Assembly (NCBI GenBank): GCA_903892035.1 | Contig: CAITGV010000005.1 | Location: forward strand, 41,011 to 105,010 | DNA length: 64,000 bases | From: an uncultured bacterium | Lineage (GTDB): Bacteria > Patescibacteriota > Minisyncoccia > Phycocordibacterales > UBA9973 | Direction: 5' to 3' | Shown here: in pieces, positions 1-7,914 of the stretch | Layout of the letters: each line of letters begins with the position of its first letter | How positions within the stretch are numbered: position 1 is the stretch's first letter | Made by a program: the position numbers and the translations under genes | Notes under the pieces: model-generated | Told to the model about the DNA's origin: nothing | Seen by the model: the letters and a program-made list of their open reading frames with translations, nothing else | Database searches by the model: none

Positions 1-549
1 TCCTTGACCGTTACACTTTGAACAAGTTTTCATTTTACTTCCGTCTTTTGCACCAGTACCTTTGCAGGTCGTACATTTTGAAACTTTTGAAATTAAAACT
101 TTTCTATCAGTACCAAAAATTGAATCTTGAAATGCTATGTCGAGCTCTGTAGAAATATCTCGTCCACGTTTTTGTTGTGATGCTTGCCTGCCACCCATTC
201 CTCCTGTAAAAAATTCAGAAAAAATATCATTTATATCTCCCATATCAAAACCTTGATTTTGAAAACCAGAAAAATCAAAACCTCCAAAGCCCTGCCCTTG
301 GCCTCCATATCCACCCTGAGCCCCTCCAAAACCAGCTGGGCCTTCAGATCCAAATTGGTCATATTGAGCGCGCTTTTTATCGTCTGAAAGAGTCTGGTAA
401 GCTTCATTCACTTCTTTGAATTTCTTGTCGTCACCCGCGTTTTTATCCGGATGGTATTTGTGTGCCATCTTGTGAAAAGCCTTTTTTATTTCGTCTTTAC
501 TGGCTCCTTTCGAAACTCCCAGTGAAGCATAATAATCCTTATTTGCCAT
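1..549 (-). CDS. dnaJ: Molecular chaperone DnaJ (partial; C-terminal part lies beyond the window edge)
   Basis: Reverse-strand translation from ATG at 549-547 gives MANKDYYASLGVSKGASKDEIKKAFHKMAHKYHPDKNAGDDKKFKEVNEAYQTLSDDKKRAQYDQFGSEG... It shows a J-domain with the HPD motif, a Gly/Phe-rich linker and the start of the CxxCxGxG zinc-finger repeats. The ORF track misses it because it runs off the window. Confidence 0.85.
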   Translation of the reverse strand, partial: MANKDYYASLGVSKGASKDEIKKAFHKMAHKYHPDKNAGDDKKFKEVNEAYQTLSDDKKRAQYDQFGSEGPAGFGGAQGGYGGQGQGFGGFDFSGFQNQGFDMGDINDIFSEFFTGGMGGRQASQQKRGRDISTELDIAFQDSIFGTDRKVLISKVSKCTTCKGTGAKDGSKMKTCSKCNGQG

Positions 550-671
550 AGGTCAAAAGTATATCATAAAAATAAAAATGAGAAAAATTTAGGCAAAAAA
601 AGAAACACCCATCTCTGAATGCCTCTCCTGTTAATTTTTATGAACATTTAGTTTCGCTGTTAAATACCAAT

Positions 672-707
672 TTTACCAACTCAGAGCGATAGGTTTGACT
701 TGGTAAA
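672..707. repeat. 36-bp inverted-repeat unit (TTTACCAACTCAGAGCGATAGGTTTGACTTGGTAAA). It has 8-bp palindromic ends TTTACCAA/TTGGTAAA and lies between the stop of the PaaX-like gene and the dnaJ start.
   Basis: Exact reverse complement of 1264-1299 (36/36), read directly from the sequence. It sits about 120 bp upstream of the dnaJ start (minus strand). Confidence 0.9.
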
Positions 708-750
708 AAAATTTATTTGGTTGCTATAAAGTAGTTGGGGGAAGAAACCG

Positions 751-1245
751 TTAAAATTTAAATCCTTTAGCCAACTTGAATGTCTTGAAATTGTCTTTGA
801 TTTTTATTTCTTGCACATATTTTATAAAATCTTTCGGCAATGGAGATGGGCCTACCCAGACACTTCGTTGAATCATAACGAAGTGAAATTTGCGAAGCTC
901 GCGTCTAAACCAGTTTCTTTCCGTTTTTTTGTCTTCCGGTATATCATATAATATCAATAGATCCTTCGGGTCATTTTCTGTTTTCTCGGGTGTAAATTTC
1001 TTAAGAATAGTTCGCGTCTTTTCATTTAAGAATAATTCTCCTTTGTAGGTAATGACATAGTTACCATACATTTCCTTTATATACCCTTTGCTTTTTAAAT
1101 CTGAACACCTGTTAGCCAAAGTCTGATATTTATAATGCTTGAAATCTGGCAATCCCAAAAATCCCACGCGCATACCTTTGTATCGCAAAACCTGCTTATT
1201 TTTACTTTCACTTAAGTATTTCAAAACCTTCCTTTCAATACTCAT
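751..1245 (-). CDS. PaaX-like small regulator: N-terminal winged-helix DNA-binding domain plus C-terminal Cas2/VapD-like fold (truncated, no PaaX_C domain)
   Basis: 164-aa ORF. The N-terminal ~90 aa (YQTLANRCSDLKSKGYIKEMYGNYVITYKGELFL) resembles the PaaX wHTH. The segment DLLILYDIPEDKKTERNWFRRELRKFHFVMIQRSVWVG matches the Cas2-like beta-alpha-beta core (YDI..D, QRSVW ~ Cas2 QYSVF; PaaX middle domain WLLLLSEGLDK..L.KQLIWQGFG). It is flanked by perfect 36-bp inverted repeats. Confidence 0.6.
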   Translation of the reverse strand: MSIERKVLKYLSESKNKQVLRYKGMRVGFLGLPDFKHYKYQTLANRCSDLKSKGYIKEMYGNYVITYKGELFLNEKTRTILKKFTPEKTENDPKDLLILYDIPEDKKTERNWFRRELRKFHFVMIQRSVWVGPSPLPKDFIKYVQEIKIKDNFKTFKLAKGFKF

Positions 1246-1263
1246 ATCAAATATTGTATCATC

Positions 1264-1299
1264 TTTACCAAGTCAAACCTATCGCTCTGAGTTGGTAAA
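1264..1299. repeat. Second copy of the 36-bp inverted-repeat unit (TTTACCAAGTCAAACCTATCGCTCTGAGTTGGTAAA). It lies 18 bp upstream of the PaaX-like gene start and 68 bp upstream of the rmuC start.
   Basis: Exact reverse complement of 672-707. It sits in the divergent promoter region between the PaaX-like gene (minus) and rmuC (plus). Confidence 0.9.
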
Positions 1300-1367
1300 G
1301 TATACGATTTTTGTTTTGAGTAAGAGTTTTTTACAATTATTTTTTGAATTTATGCTAAAATATCTCT

Positions 1368-2402
1368 ATGCAAACAGTATTAATTTTAATTGGAGGAATT
1401 GTGGGAGGGGTAATGATTGCTTCTTTTTTAATGAAAAAAAATAGTGGTGAAAAAAAAGATGATACAGGACTGCAACTCATATTGGCACAAATGAATGAGC
1501 TCACTCGCACCGTAGATGCAAAGCTCGGTGATAGTACAAAACAAATGAATGAAAGCATGCGTCACCAGTCGAGCGAAGCCACAAAGATTATTCGTGATGT
1601 TACAGAAAAGCTCACTCGCCTCGACGAAACAAATAAACAAGTTGTTTCTTTTACCGAACAACTCGAAGAATTGCAAGATATTTTAAAAAATCCAAAACAG
1701 CGTGGCATCCTTGGTGAATATTATCTCGAAGCACTTTTGAAAAATGTCTTCCCTGCTGGTGGGTATGAAATGCAATATGGTTTTCCCGATGGCAGTATTG
1801 TGGACGCAGCTGTATTTGTAAAAGACAAAATAATTCCTGTTGATTCAAAATTTTCTTTAGAAAATTATAATCGCATGGCTGGAGAAAAAGATCCTGATCG
1901 AAAACTTGATTATCAAAAACAATTTGAAAATGATTTAAAACTCCGCATTACAGAAACTTCAAAATACATCAAACCAGAAAACGGCACAATGGATTTCGCT
2001 TTTATGTTTATCCCTCACGAAGCTATTTATTACGACCTACTAATAAACAAAGTCGGTGGTGAAGAAAACTTAATTCAACGTGCTGCATCGAAATATAAAG
2101 TCATCATCGTTTCCCCTACTTCTTTCCTAGCATATTTACAAACAGTGCTTCAAGGTCTACGTGCAATGCAAATAGAAGAAACCGCAAAAGATGTAATCAA
2201 GCGCGTCGGAGAACTTGGTAAGCATTTGAAAGCTTTTGAAGACTATCATTTGAAACTTGGTAATGCCTTAAATACCGCCGTGAATCACTACACTGCTTCA
2301 GGAAAAGAATTTCGTAAAATAGATAAGGATGTGATGCGCATCGCAGATGATGCTCCAGGGCTCACTACTATTGCTCTCGAAAAGCCAAATCTAGAGGACT
2401 AA
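1368..2402 (+). CDS. rmuC: DNA recombination protein RmuC
   Basis: 344 aa with an N-terminal TM helix, coiled-coil and a RmuC-family C-terminal nuclease-like domain (GILGEYYLEALL, PVDSKF, MFIPHEAIYYDLL). Confidence 0.8.
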   Translation: MQTVLILIGGIVGGVMIASFLMKKNSGEKKDDTGLQLILAQMNELTRTVDAKLGDSTKQMNESMRHQSSEATKIIRDVTEKLTRLDETNKQVVSFTEQLEELQDILKNPKQRGILGEYYLEALLKNVFPAGGYEMQYGFPDGSIVDAAVFVKDKIIPVDSKFSLENYNRMAGEKDPDRKLDYQKQFENDLKLRITETSKYIKPENGTMDFAFMFIPHEAIYYDLLINKVGGEENLIQRAASKYKVIIVSPTSFLAYLQTVLQGLRAMQIEETAKDVIKRVGELGKHLKAFEDYHLKLGNALNTAVNHYTASGKEFRKIDKDVMRIADDAPGLTTIALEKPNLED

Positions 2403-3415
2403 GCTTCGACGTCGTAAACTACAGACTGAAGAGATTCTGATGTATAAACTTTTTCAATAACTTTTGTCGCAAGTGGCACAAGTGAAAGCACTTCAAATAC
2501 AGGATAATTTTTCAATTCTTCCGGAGCTGTAACAGAATCAGTAATTACAATTTTATCAAAACCAGCATTTGCCAATTTCTCCATTGTTTCTTTTGTACGT
2601 CCTTCAAAATGAGTTACCATTGCAATAACTTTTGTAGCACCATTTTTTATCAAAGCATCTTTTGCTTTTATAAGAGTACTTCCTGAAGCGACTATGTCGT
2701 CGATAATGACACAAGTGTGACCCGACACATCACCAATAATACTTCGAACGCGCGTCTCACTACCATTTACTCTTTCTTTGTCGATAATTGCATAACTCAA
2801 ATTGAAAGCTTGAGCATAGTCTGAAGTTTTATTTCCAGAGTTTACATCTGGACCTACAAAAACTGGTTTCTCGGCATCGCTTGCATAAGCCTCCTTTATT
2901 ATTCCCAATTCTTTCAAATGATCACTAAAAATCTTAAAAGGTAAAATATTTTCCACGTGAACATTTCCAAAAAATCCTTCTATTTGTTCTGCATGTAAAT
3001 CAAAAGCAAGTACCCCATCGCATTTTGAACTTACCAAATCTGCAATAACTCTTGCTGAAATTGGGCGACGGCGGTGACGATTTCTTTTATTTCTTTCTCT
3101 CCTATCCTGACGAGCGTAAGGGTAAATGCGTAGTACTGCATATATGCGGTCAGCACCAGCACGAATTGCCGCATCGGCAAGAAGAAGGAATTCTATAATT
3201 CCATCATTAATTTTCCCCGGAATAAAAGTCTGAACAATATATATTTCTGATCCACCCACAGATTCTTGAAGCTCTACACCTATCTCTCCATTTGGAAATA
3301 TTTCAATATTTCTCTTAATAGGAGTGGTGCCTATGCGCTCACCTATAGCATCGGTAAACACTTCGCTCTCTCGGCCAGCTAGCAGTCTCAAAGGTCGTGG
3401 ATTTTTGTAACTCAT
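2399..3415 (-). CDS. prs: Ribose-phosphate pyrophosphokinase (PRPP synthetase)
   Basis: 338 aa. It has the Prs N-terminal domain, the flexible-loop motif PYARQDRR and the PRPP-binding motif VIIDDIVASGST. Confidence 0.85.
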   Translation of the reverse strand: MSYKNPRPLRLLAGRESEVFTDAIGERIGTTPIKRNIEIFPNGEIGVELQESVGGSEIYIVQTFIPGKINDGIIEFLLLADAAIRAGADRIYAVLRIYPYARQDRRERNKRNRHRRRPISARVIADLVSSKCDGVLAFDLHAEQIEGFFGNVHVENILPFKIFSDHLKELGIIKEAYASDAEKPVFVGPDVNSGNKTSDYAQAFNLSYAIIDKERVNGSETRVRSIIGDVSGHTCVIIDDIVASGSTLIKAKDALIKNGATKVIAMVTHFEGRTKETMEKLANAGFDKIVITDSVTAPEELKNYPVFEVLSLVPLATKVIEKVYTSESLQSVVYDVEA

Positions 3416-3480
3416 AAAATAGAAATTATATAATAATATTAACAGCTACATAATACCAATTTAAATAGCGTCAAGCAAGG

Positions 3481-3519
3481 TAAAAATAAAATAGTTCCGG
3501 ATCAAAAAATCACCGGAAC
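3481..3519 (-). terminator. Rho-independent terminator (GTTCCGG-N12-CCGGAAC hairpin followed by a U-rich tract on the minus strand)
   Basis: Perfect 7-bp stem followed by TATTTTATTTTT on the minus strand, downstream of the 67-aa ORF and upstream of prs. Confidence 0.55.
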
Positions 3520-3541
3520 ATATCTTATAAATTCGAGAAAA

Positions 3542-3745
3542 TTAGTCTTCCTCCGCTTTTTCATGAGGATTATCTTCCCCATGTGATTGTTCATCACCAC
3601 CCTTGAAATGTAGTTCATCAAGAGCACTTTGGTTTTCATCTTCAAAAATTATTTCTGAAGGTCGTACATAACCTTTATGGGCATTGTACTTTACAAACTC
3701 ACCTGGAATTGGACCAGGGATCAAAATTACACCGTATGTCCTCAT
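3542..3745 (-). CDS. Hypothetical small acidic protein (67 aa)
   Basis: Complete ORF with a downstream terminator-like hairpin. No recognisable domain. The acidic C-terminal tail is HGEDNPHEKAEED. Confidence 0.3.
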   Translation of the reverse strand: MRTYGVILIPGPIPGEFVKYNAHKGYVRPSEIIFEDENQSALDELHFKGGDEQSHGEDNPHEKAEED

Positions 3746-3847
3746 TGTGTTTAAAATTTATGTTTATGAATTTTTTTATTATATTAAAATGATACGCCTA
3801 ATATAATTTCTGTCGAGTGGATAACTTTTTACCACATTTTATAGTCC

Positions 3848-4387
3848 TTGACTACCCTATTTGCTTTTGCTACCCTTTACCTGAATCGACGTACTGATTC
3901 TAAAATTTCTTTAATAAACCCTATAAATAATTTAACTATGGACACTGTGATTTCTGCTACTTATAAAGTAGCAATCCGAGAATTTGGCATCCTTCGTGAT
4001 GTCATTATTAAAAATGAGTCAATAATTTTCCAAGTGACTCGCGGTGAATTTGCAAAAGAAGTGCAACACTGCAAAGAAAGAGAAGAGCGAATCAAAAACG
4101 CTTTAAAAAAAGAAAACATTCCATTTGAAGAAGTTCATTTGGAAAATTTCTTCTACGTTAAGTGGCAGATAAAAAAATCATTTTTCTCAAATTTTTTTCC
4201 AATTAGTCTTAAAAGAATAATCAAAAAAGAATTAAAGAGAATTGATTTAAAAGTTATTTTCACTGAGGAAGTAGATGATAATACATTTATTTCTAAAGTT
4301 CTAAATGCCTTTGATCGCCAAATGGTAGATGACCATGAAAAAATTGGTACACTTACCTCAATAAGGAAATCGTATGGTTTCTCTTAA
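3848..4387 (+). CDS. Hypothetical protein (179 aa; an internal start at 3938 is possible)
   Basis: Only plus-strand ORF in this region. It is followed by a good rho-independent terminator at 4394-4436. No recognisable domain. Confidence 0.45.
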   Translation: MTTLFAFATLYLNRRTDSKISLINPINNLTMDTVISATYKVAIREFGILRDVIIKNESIIFQVTRGEFAKEVQHCKEREERIKNALKKENIPFEEVHLENFFYVKWQIKKSFFSNFFPISLKRIIKKELKRIDLKVIFTEEVDDNTFISKVLNAFDRQMVDDHEKIGTLTSIRKSYGFS

Positions 4388-4393
4388 AAAAAT

Positions 4394-4436
4394 TCCTGAT
4401 TTGTTCGCCAACACGAACCATCAGGATATTTTTTTG
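4394..4436 (+). terminator. Rho-independent terminator (TCCTGAT...ATCAGGA stem with inner GTTCG/CGAAC pairs, then TATTTTTTT)
   Basis: Read directly: a 7+5-bp stem followed by a U7 tract, immediately after the 3848-4387 ORF. Confidence 0.65.
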
Positions 4437-4481
4437 CCAAAAATTTACGTTTGTGAGCCTTCTCGTGTGCGCTGTTGAAGG

Positions 4482-4553
4482 TGACCCTACAGAGAATCGA
4501 ACTCTGATTTAATCCTTGAGAAGGATCCGTCCTAACCGTTAGACGATAGGGCC
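4482..4553 (-). tRNA. tRNA-Glu (anticodon CTC)
   Basis: Manually folded cloverleaf on the minus strand: acceptor GGCCCTA/TAGGGTC, D-arm GTCT-AACGGTTA-GGAC, anticodon stem GATCC/GGATT with loop TTCTCAA (CTC at 34-36), T-arm CAGAG-TTCGATT-CTCTG, discriminator A. Confidence 0.8.
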
Positions 4554-4561
4554 ATTAACAA

Positions 4562-5863
4562 TTATCTATTTAACCATTCTTTGTCCTGTCGCACAAGGAG
4601 GGTTTCAAAGTCCTCGGGGTTTGCCATAAGTTCAAGCACAGTGCGCTCCATGCGCATTCCTTGCGAACCTTTTATGAGAATAAGGTCACCTGGGAGAATA
4701 TTGTTTTGAATAAAAAGTCCTGCTTGTTGTGCTTCGTCGAGATGAAATAAATTTTGTTTCGGAAAACCAGCTCGCATTGCGCCTTCGTACATATGCTCAG
4801 CGCGAACTCCGACAGTAATTAAAATATCGCAATAATCTTTTGTAATTTCACCAATTTTTTCGTGTTCAGCGAGTGTATGTTTTCCAAGCTCAAGCATATC
4901 ACCCAAAATTGCAATTCGTCTGCCTGTAACTTCAATATTTTTTAATGTGATTAAAGCAGATTCACAAGCTACAGGTGAAGAATTGTACGAATCATCTATT
5001 ATTAAACTCCCTTTAATTCCCGAAAGTAAATGTAAGCGTCCAGGTGGAGTAATATAATTTTTCATCGATTGTATTGAATCAATCATATTTAAGTTTAGTG
5101 CGTAAGCTACTGAAAGCGCACCCAGGGCAGCATAGACATGATTTATACCTACAATATTTGAAACAGAAACAGGCAAAGCATTGCCATCGTATTCCAATTT
5201 GAAATTCATACCTTTTATTTGCTTTTGATTTTCTTTATTTTCATACCACAATTCTTCATTTGAAGCTTGAAGCATCGCACCAGAATTCATACCAAAATTA
5301 ATAGTTTTAACTTTAATTTTTTCTTTCAATTCCATCACCTTTGTATCGTCAAAATTTAAAATTAAAATTCCATCTTTTTTAACAGACTCCGCAAGTGCCC
5401 TCTTTTCTTCTATGACTGCATCAACATTTGGAAATGCTTCTACATGCACTGGTACATCTGGGAGTCTTGTAATTATCACAACATCTGGAGAAATCCATTT
5501 TGTAATATTTTTTATCGCTCCCGGCCTGTCTGCACCTAATTCTAAAATTAAATATTCTGGATAAATGTTTTTTTTAATTAAAAGCATAAAACCTTCCAAA
5601 ATATTTGCTATCCAAAGAAATGGATTATTCCAGCCATTTCCAAGTCCTAAAATTGTGAGTGGCACAGCAATGTCGGCATCGTAGCTTTTATCAATTTTTC
5701 TCACATATACAAATTGTGATAAAACAGTGTATATAGCATCTTTTGTTGAAGTTTTGCCCACACTTCCAGTGATAGCAATAATCTTTGGTTTATATTTTTT
5801 TAATACAAGGCGTGATTGCCATGTAATAATTGAAATAACTATTTTTTTAAAAATATTTTTCAT
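4562..5863 (-). CDS. murF: UDP-N-acetylmuramoyl-tripeptide--D-alanyl-D-alanine ligase
   Basis: 433 aa Mur ligase (ITGSVGKTSTKD P-loop; middle and C-terminal Mur ligase domains), located at the end of the dcw cluster. Confidence 0.8.
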   Translation of the reverse strand: MKNIFKKIVISIITWQSRLVLKKYKPKIIAITGSVGKTSTKDAIYTVLSQFVYVRKIDKSYDADIAVPLTILGLGNGWNNPFLWIANILEGFMLLIKKNIYPEYLILELGADRPGAIKNITKWISPDVVIITRLPDVPVHVEAFPNVDAVIEEKRALAESVKKDGILILNFDDTKVMELKEKIKVKTINFGMNSGAMLQASNEELWYENKENQKQIKGMNFKLEYDGNALPVSVSNIVGINHVYAALGALSVAYALNLNMIDSIQSMKNYITPPGRLHLLSGIKGSLIIDDSYNSSPVACESALITLKNIEVTGRRIAILGDMLELGKHTLAEHEKIGEITKDYCDILITVGVRAEHMYEGAMRAGFPKQNLFHLDEAQQAGLFIQNNILPGDLILIKGSQGMRMERTVLELMANPEDFETLLVRQDKEWLNR

Positions 5864-5873
5864 AAATGTATAT

Positions 5874-7580
5874 TTATCTATCTGGTGGGATATTGTAGTA
5901 GTTTATCAGAAATTTCACTGTATCCATAAAGGGGTGCGCAATAGTATTTGCAGCATAGTCCACCCCATGAGGATTTACAGTATAAATCAAAATTAGAAAC
6001 TTTGGATCATAAGCTGGGAAATATCCAAAGAATGAGTGGAGATAGCGATCAGGATAGTACCCACCAGCTGGATTTGCCATCTGTGCAGTACCAGTTTTTC
6101 CTGCGACAGAGTAGTGGTCCAATTTTAACTGACCGTTTAAAATTCCTTGATCAATTGCAGTGACTAGCATCCTAGTCACAGTCTCAGAAGTTTTTTGAGA
6201 AATTTTTGTTGGTATTGTCGGATAAGTAAATTGCTTTGTTCCACCCTGCATATATACAATGGACGATGCTACATGTGGCGTCACAAGATTTCCACCATTT
6301 GCAATTGCAGAGAATGATCGCGCAGCTTCGATGGGAGTCATGGCAATACCTTGTCCAAATGATGCTGTCGCGTATTCAACGTCGCGAGTACTATGTAAAT
6401 TATTTGTAAGGCCAGAAGTTTCATTTGGCAAATCAATACCAGTTTTATCATTTACACCAAACGAAAGCATATAATCACGAAACTTCGCTTGACCCAAGTG
6501 TTGCATTACATACACTGCTCCTGTGTTTAATGAGTGATTCATCACATCCTGCATTGAAGTCATTCCTTTTGCTTTATGGTCGTAGTCATTTATTCTTTTT
6601 GTATTTACTATCACGAAGCCTGGGTCTTCGTATTTTGTTTCTGGCGTCACTACGCCTGCGTCGATACCTGCAGCAATTGTAATTGCTTTTACCACTGAAC
6701 CAATTTCATAAACATTTTCTACTAATGGATTTTCAAATACAGCAGGATTTTTTTCTTTCTGAAAATTATTTAAGTCAAAATTTGGTGTTGAGGCCATTGC
6801 ATAAATTGAACCATCTTTTGGATTTATTATTATTGCGCCACTTGCATCTGAATGATACGCATTGTCGATAGAAACTAATTCATCATTTAGGAAATTTTCC
6901 ACCGAAGGCTCTATGGAAGTAGCCACATCACCCTCATCGGTTTTATTTTTAAAAACTGAATCACTTAAATCAGAAAAAACTTCTGCAAAAAAATTCACAG
7001 AAAGTAGGTCGTGAGCTCTGGAAAGCACGCTATCATATTGTCTTTCAAGTCCATAGCGACCACCAAGATTGTCACCTTTATATGCCACAAAGCCTATAGT
7101 TTGAGCTGCAAGGTTTGCAGGAGGGTAAAAACGCCATTTCTCTTGATACACAGATAAACTATCTTCTTTGAGAGCTGTGATCGCATCGGCTTGCTCTTTT
7201 GTAAGCTGTGTTGCAATCTCTTCATATGGATCAGTTTTTTTATTTGCAGAATTTACAAATGTATCGTGATCTATAGTTACAATAGGTGAAATTTCTGTAT
7301 ACAAGTTTTCAGCATTTGTAATTAATTTTGGATTTATTGCCAACTTAAAACCTGAAGTAAGAGTCGCCGCATTTGTCAGCTCCCCATCTTTTGATGTAAA
7401 AAATATTGAACCTCGTTCAAAAATATTTCCTACTGGTGTAGCATACTGTCGTAGTGCTATGGTTTGATATGAACGTCCGTGTACTATTTGTATAAAAAAA
7501 AGCCTAATGATAAGCAATAGGCCGAAAGCTAAAATAAGCGAAGAAACGATACTAATTCTTGAAGGATTTTTAAATTTCAT
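5874..7580 (-). CDS. ftsI: Class B penicillin-binding protein / septal peptidoglycan transpeptidase
   Basis: 568 aa with an N-terminal TM anchor, a PBP dimerisation domain and a transpeptidase domain (SxxK region ..GSVVKAIT.., SxN, KTGT motif AGKTGTAQ). It lies between ftsL and murF. Confidence 0.8.
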   Translation of the reverse strand: MKFKNPSRISIVSSLILAFGLLLIIRLFFIQIVHGRSYQTIALRQYATPVGNIFERGSIFFTSKDGELTNAATLTSGFKLAINPKLITNAENLYTEISPIVTIDHDTFVNSANKKTDPYEEIATQLTKEQADAITALKEDSLSVYQEKWRFYPPANLAAQTIGFVAYKGDNLGGRYGLERQYDSVLSRAHDLLSVNFFAEVFSDLSDSVFKNKTDEGDVATSIEPSVENFLNDELVSIDNAYHSDASGAIIINPKDGSIYAMASTPNFDLNNFQKEKNPAVFENPLVENVYEIGSVVKAITIAAGIDAGVVTPETKYEDPGFVIVNTKRINDYDHKAKGMTSMQDVMNHSLNTGAVYVMQHLGQAKFRDYMLSFGVNDKTGIDLPNETSGLTNNLHSTRDVEYATASFGQGIAMTPIEAARSFSAIANGGNLVTPHVASSIVYMQGGTKQFTYPTIPTKISQKTSETVTRMLVTAIDQGILNGQLKLDHYSVAGKTGTAQMANPAGGYYPDRYLHSFFGYFPAYDPKFLILIYTVNPHGVDYAANTIAHPFMDTVKFLINYYNIPPDR

Positions 7581-7914
7581 TGTTCAACAATGAGCTACTC
7601 AAGGCCACATTTTCACGATTTGCAAATGAAGTTGCGGATGATTCTACAAAACCCAAACCTTTTGCATAACTCATATCTACAGAATTATCTTTAGACATAT
7701 ATTGCAATTCTAAGTTTGAAACATCGGTTGCGACTGATTTCATTTTAACTTCCAAATTCTTTTTTGCTAAAACATTGAAAACTGTATGCGCCAGAAAATA
7801 AATATATAATATCGCTACAATACCAAAAGATAGAGCTACAATCTTAAACACCCTTTTTTCAAGGTCATTGTTATTTACGATATTTGTTTTTGTTTGTAAT
7901 CTTATTTTTGTCAT
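7570..7914 (-). CDS. ftsL: Cell division protein FtsL-like (small bitopic membrane protein)
   Basis: 114 aa with a single TM helix followed by a coiled-coil-like region, in the conserved position between rsmH and ftsI. Confidence 0.55.
   Translation of the reverse strand: MTKIRLQTKTNIVNNNDLEKRVFKIVALSFGIVAILYIYFLAHTVFNVLAKKNLEVKMKSVATDVSNLELQYMSKDNSVDMSYAKGLGFVESSATSFANRENVALSSSLLNNEI

Noticed and set aside
184-387. 67-aa plus-strand ORF at the window start
   Set aside because: It lies antisense inside the clearly recognisable dnaJ coding region (minus strand), so it is a spurious ORF.
672-1299. Possibility that the 36-bp repeats are CRISPR repeats or a degenerate CRISPR array next to a Cas2-like gene
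   Set aside because: There are only two copies, they are in inverted orientation and 556 bp apart, with a whole gene as the 'spacer'. No other cas genes and no regularly spaced direct repeats occur anywhere in the window.
3100-3140. Arg-rich segment ARQDRRERNKRNRHRRRP in Prs looked like an insertion
   Set aside because: It corresponds to the normal flexible catalytic loop of PRPP synthetases (PYARQDRK...), only a few residues longer than the norm.
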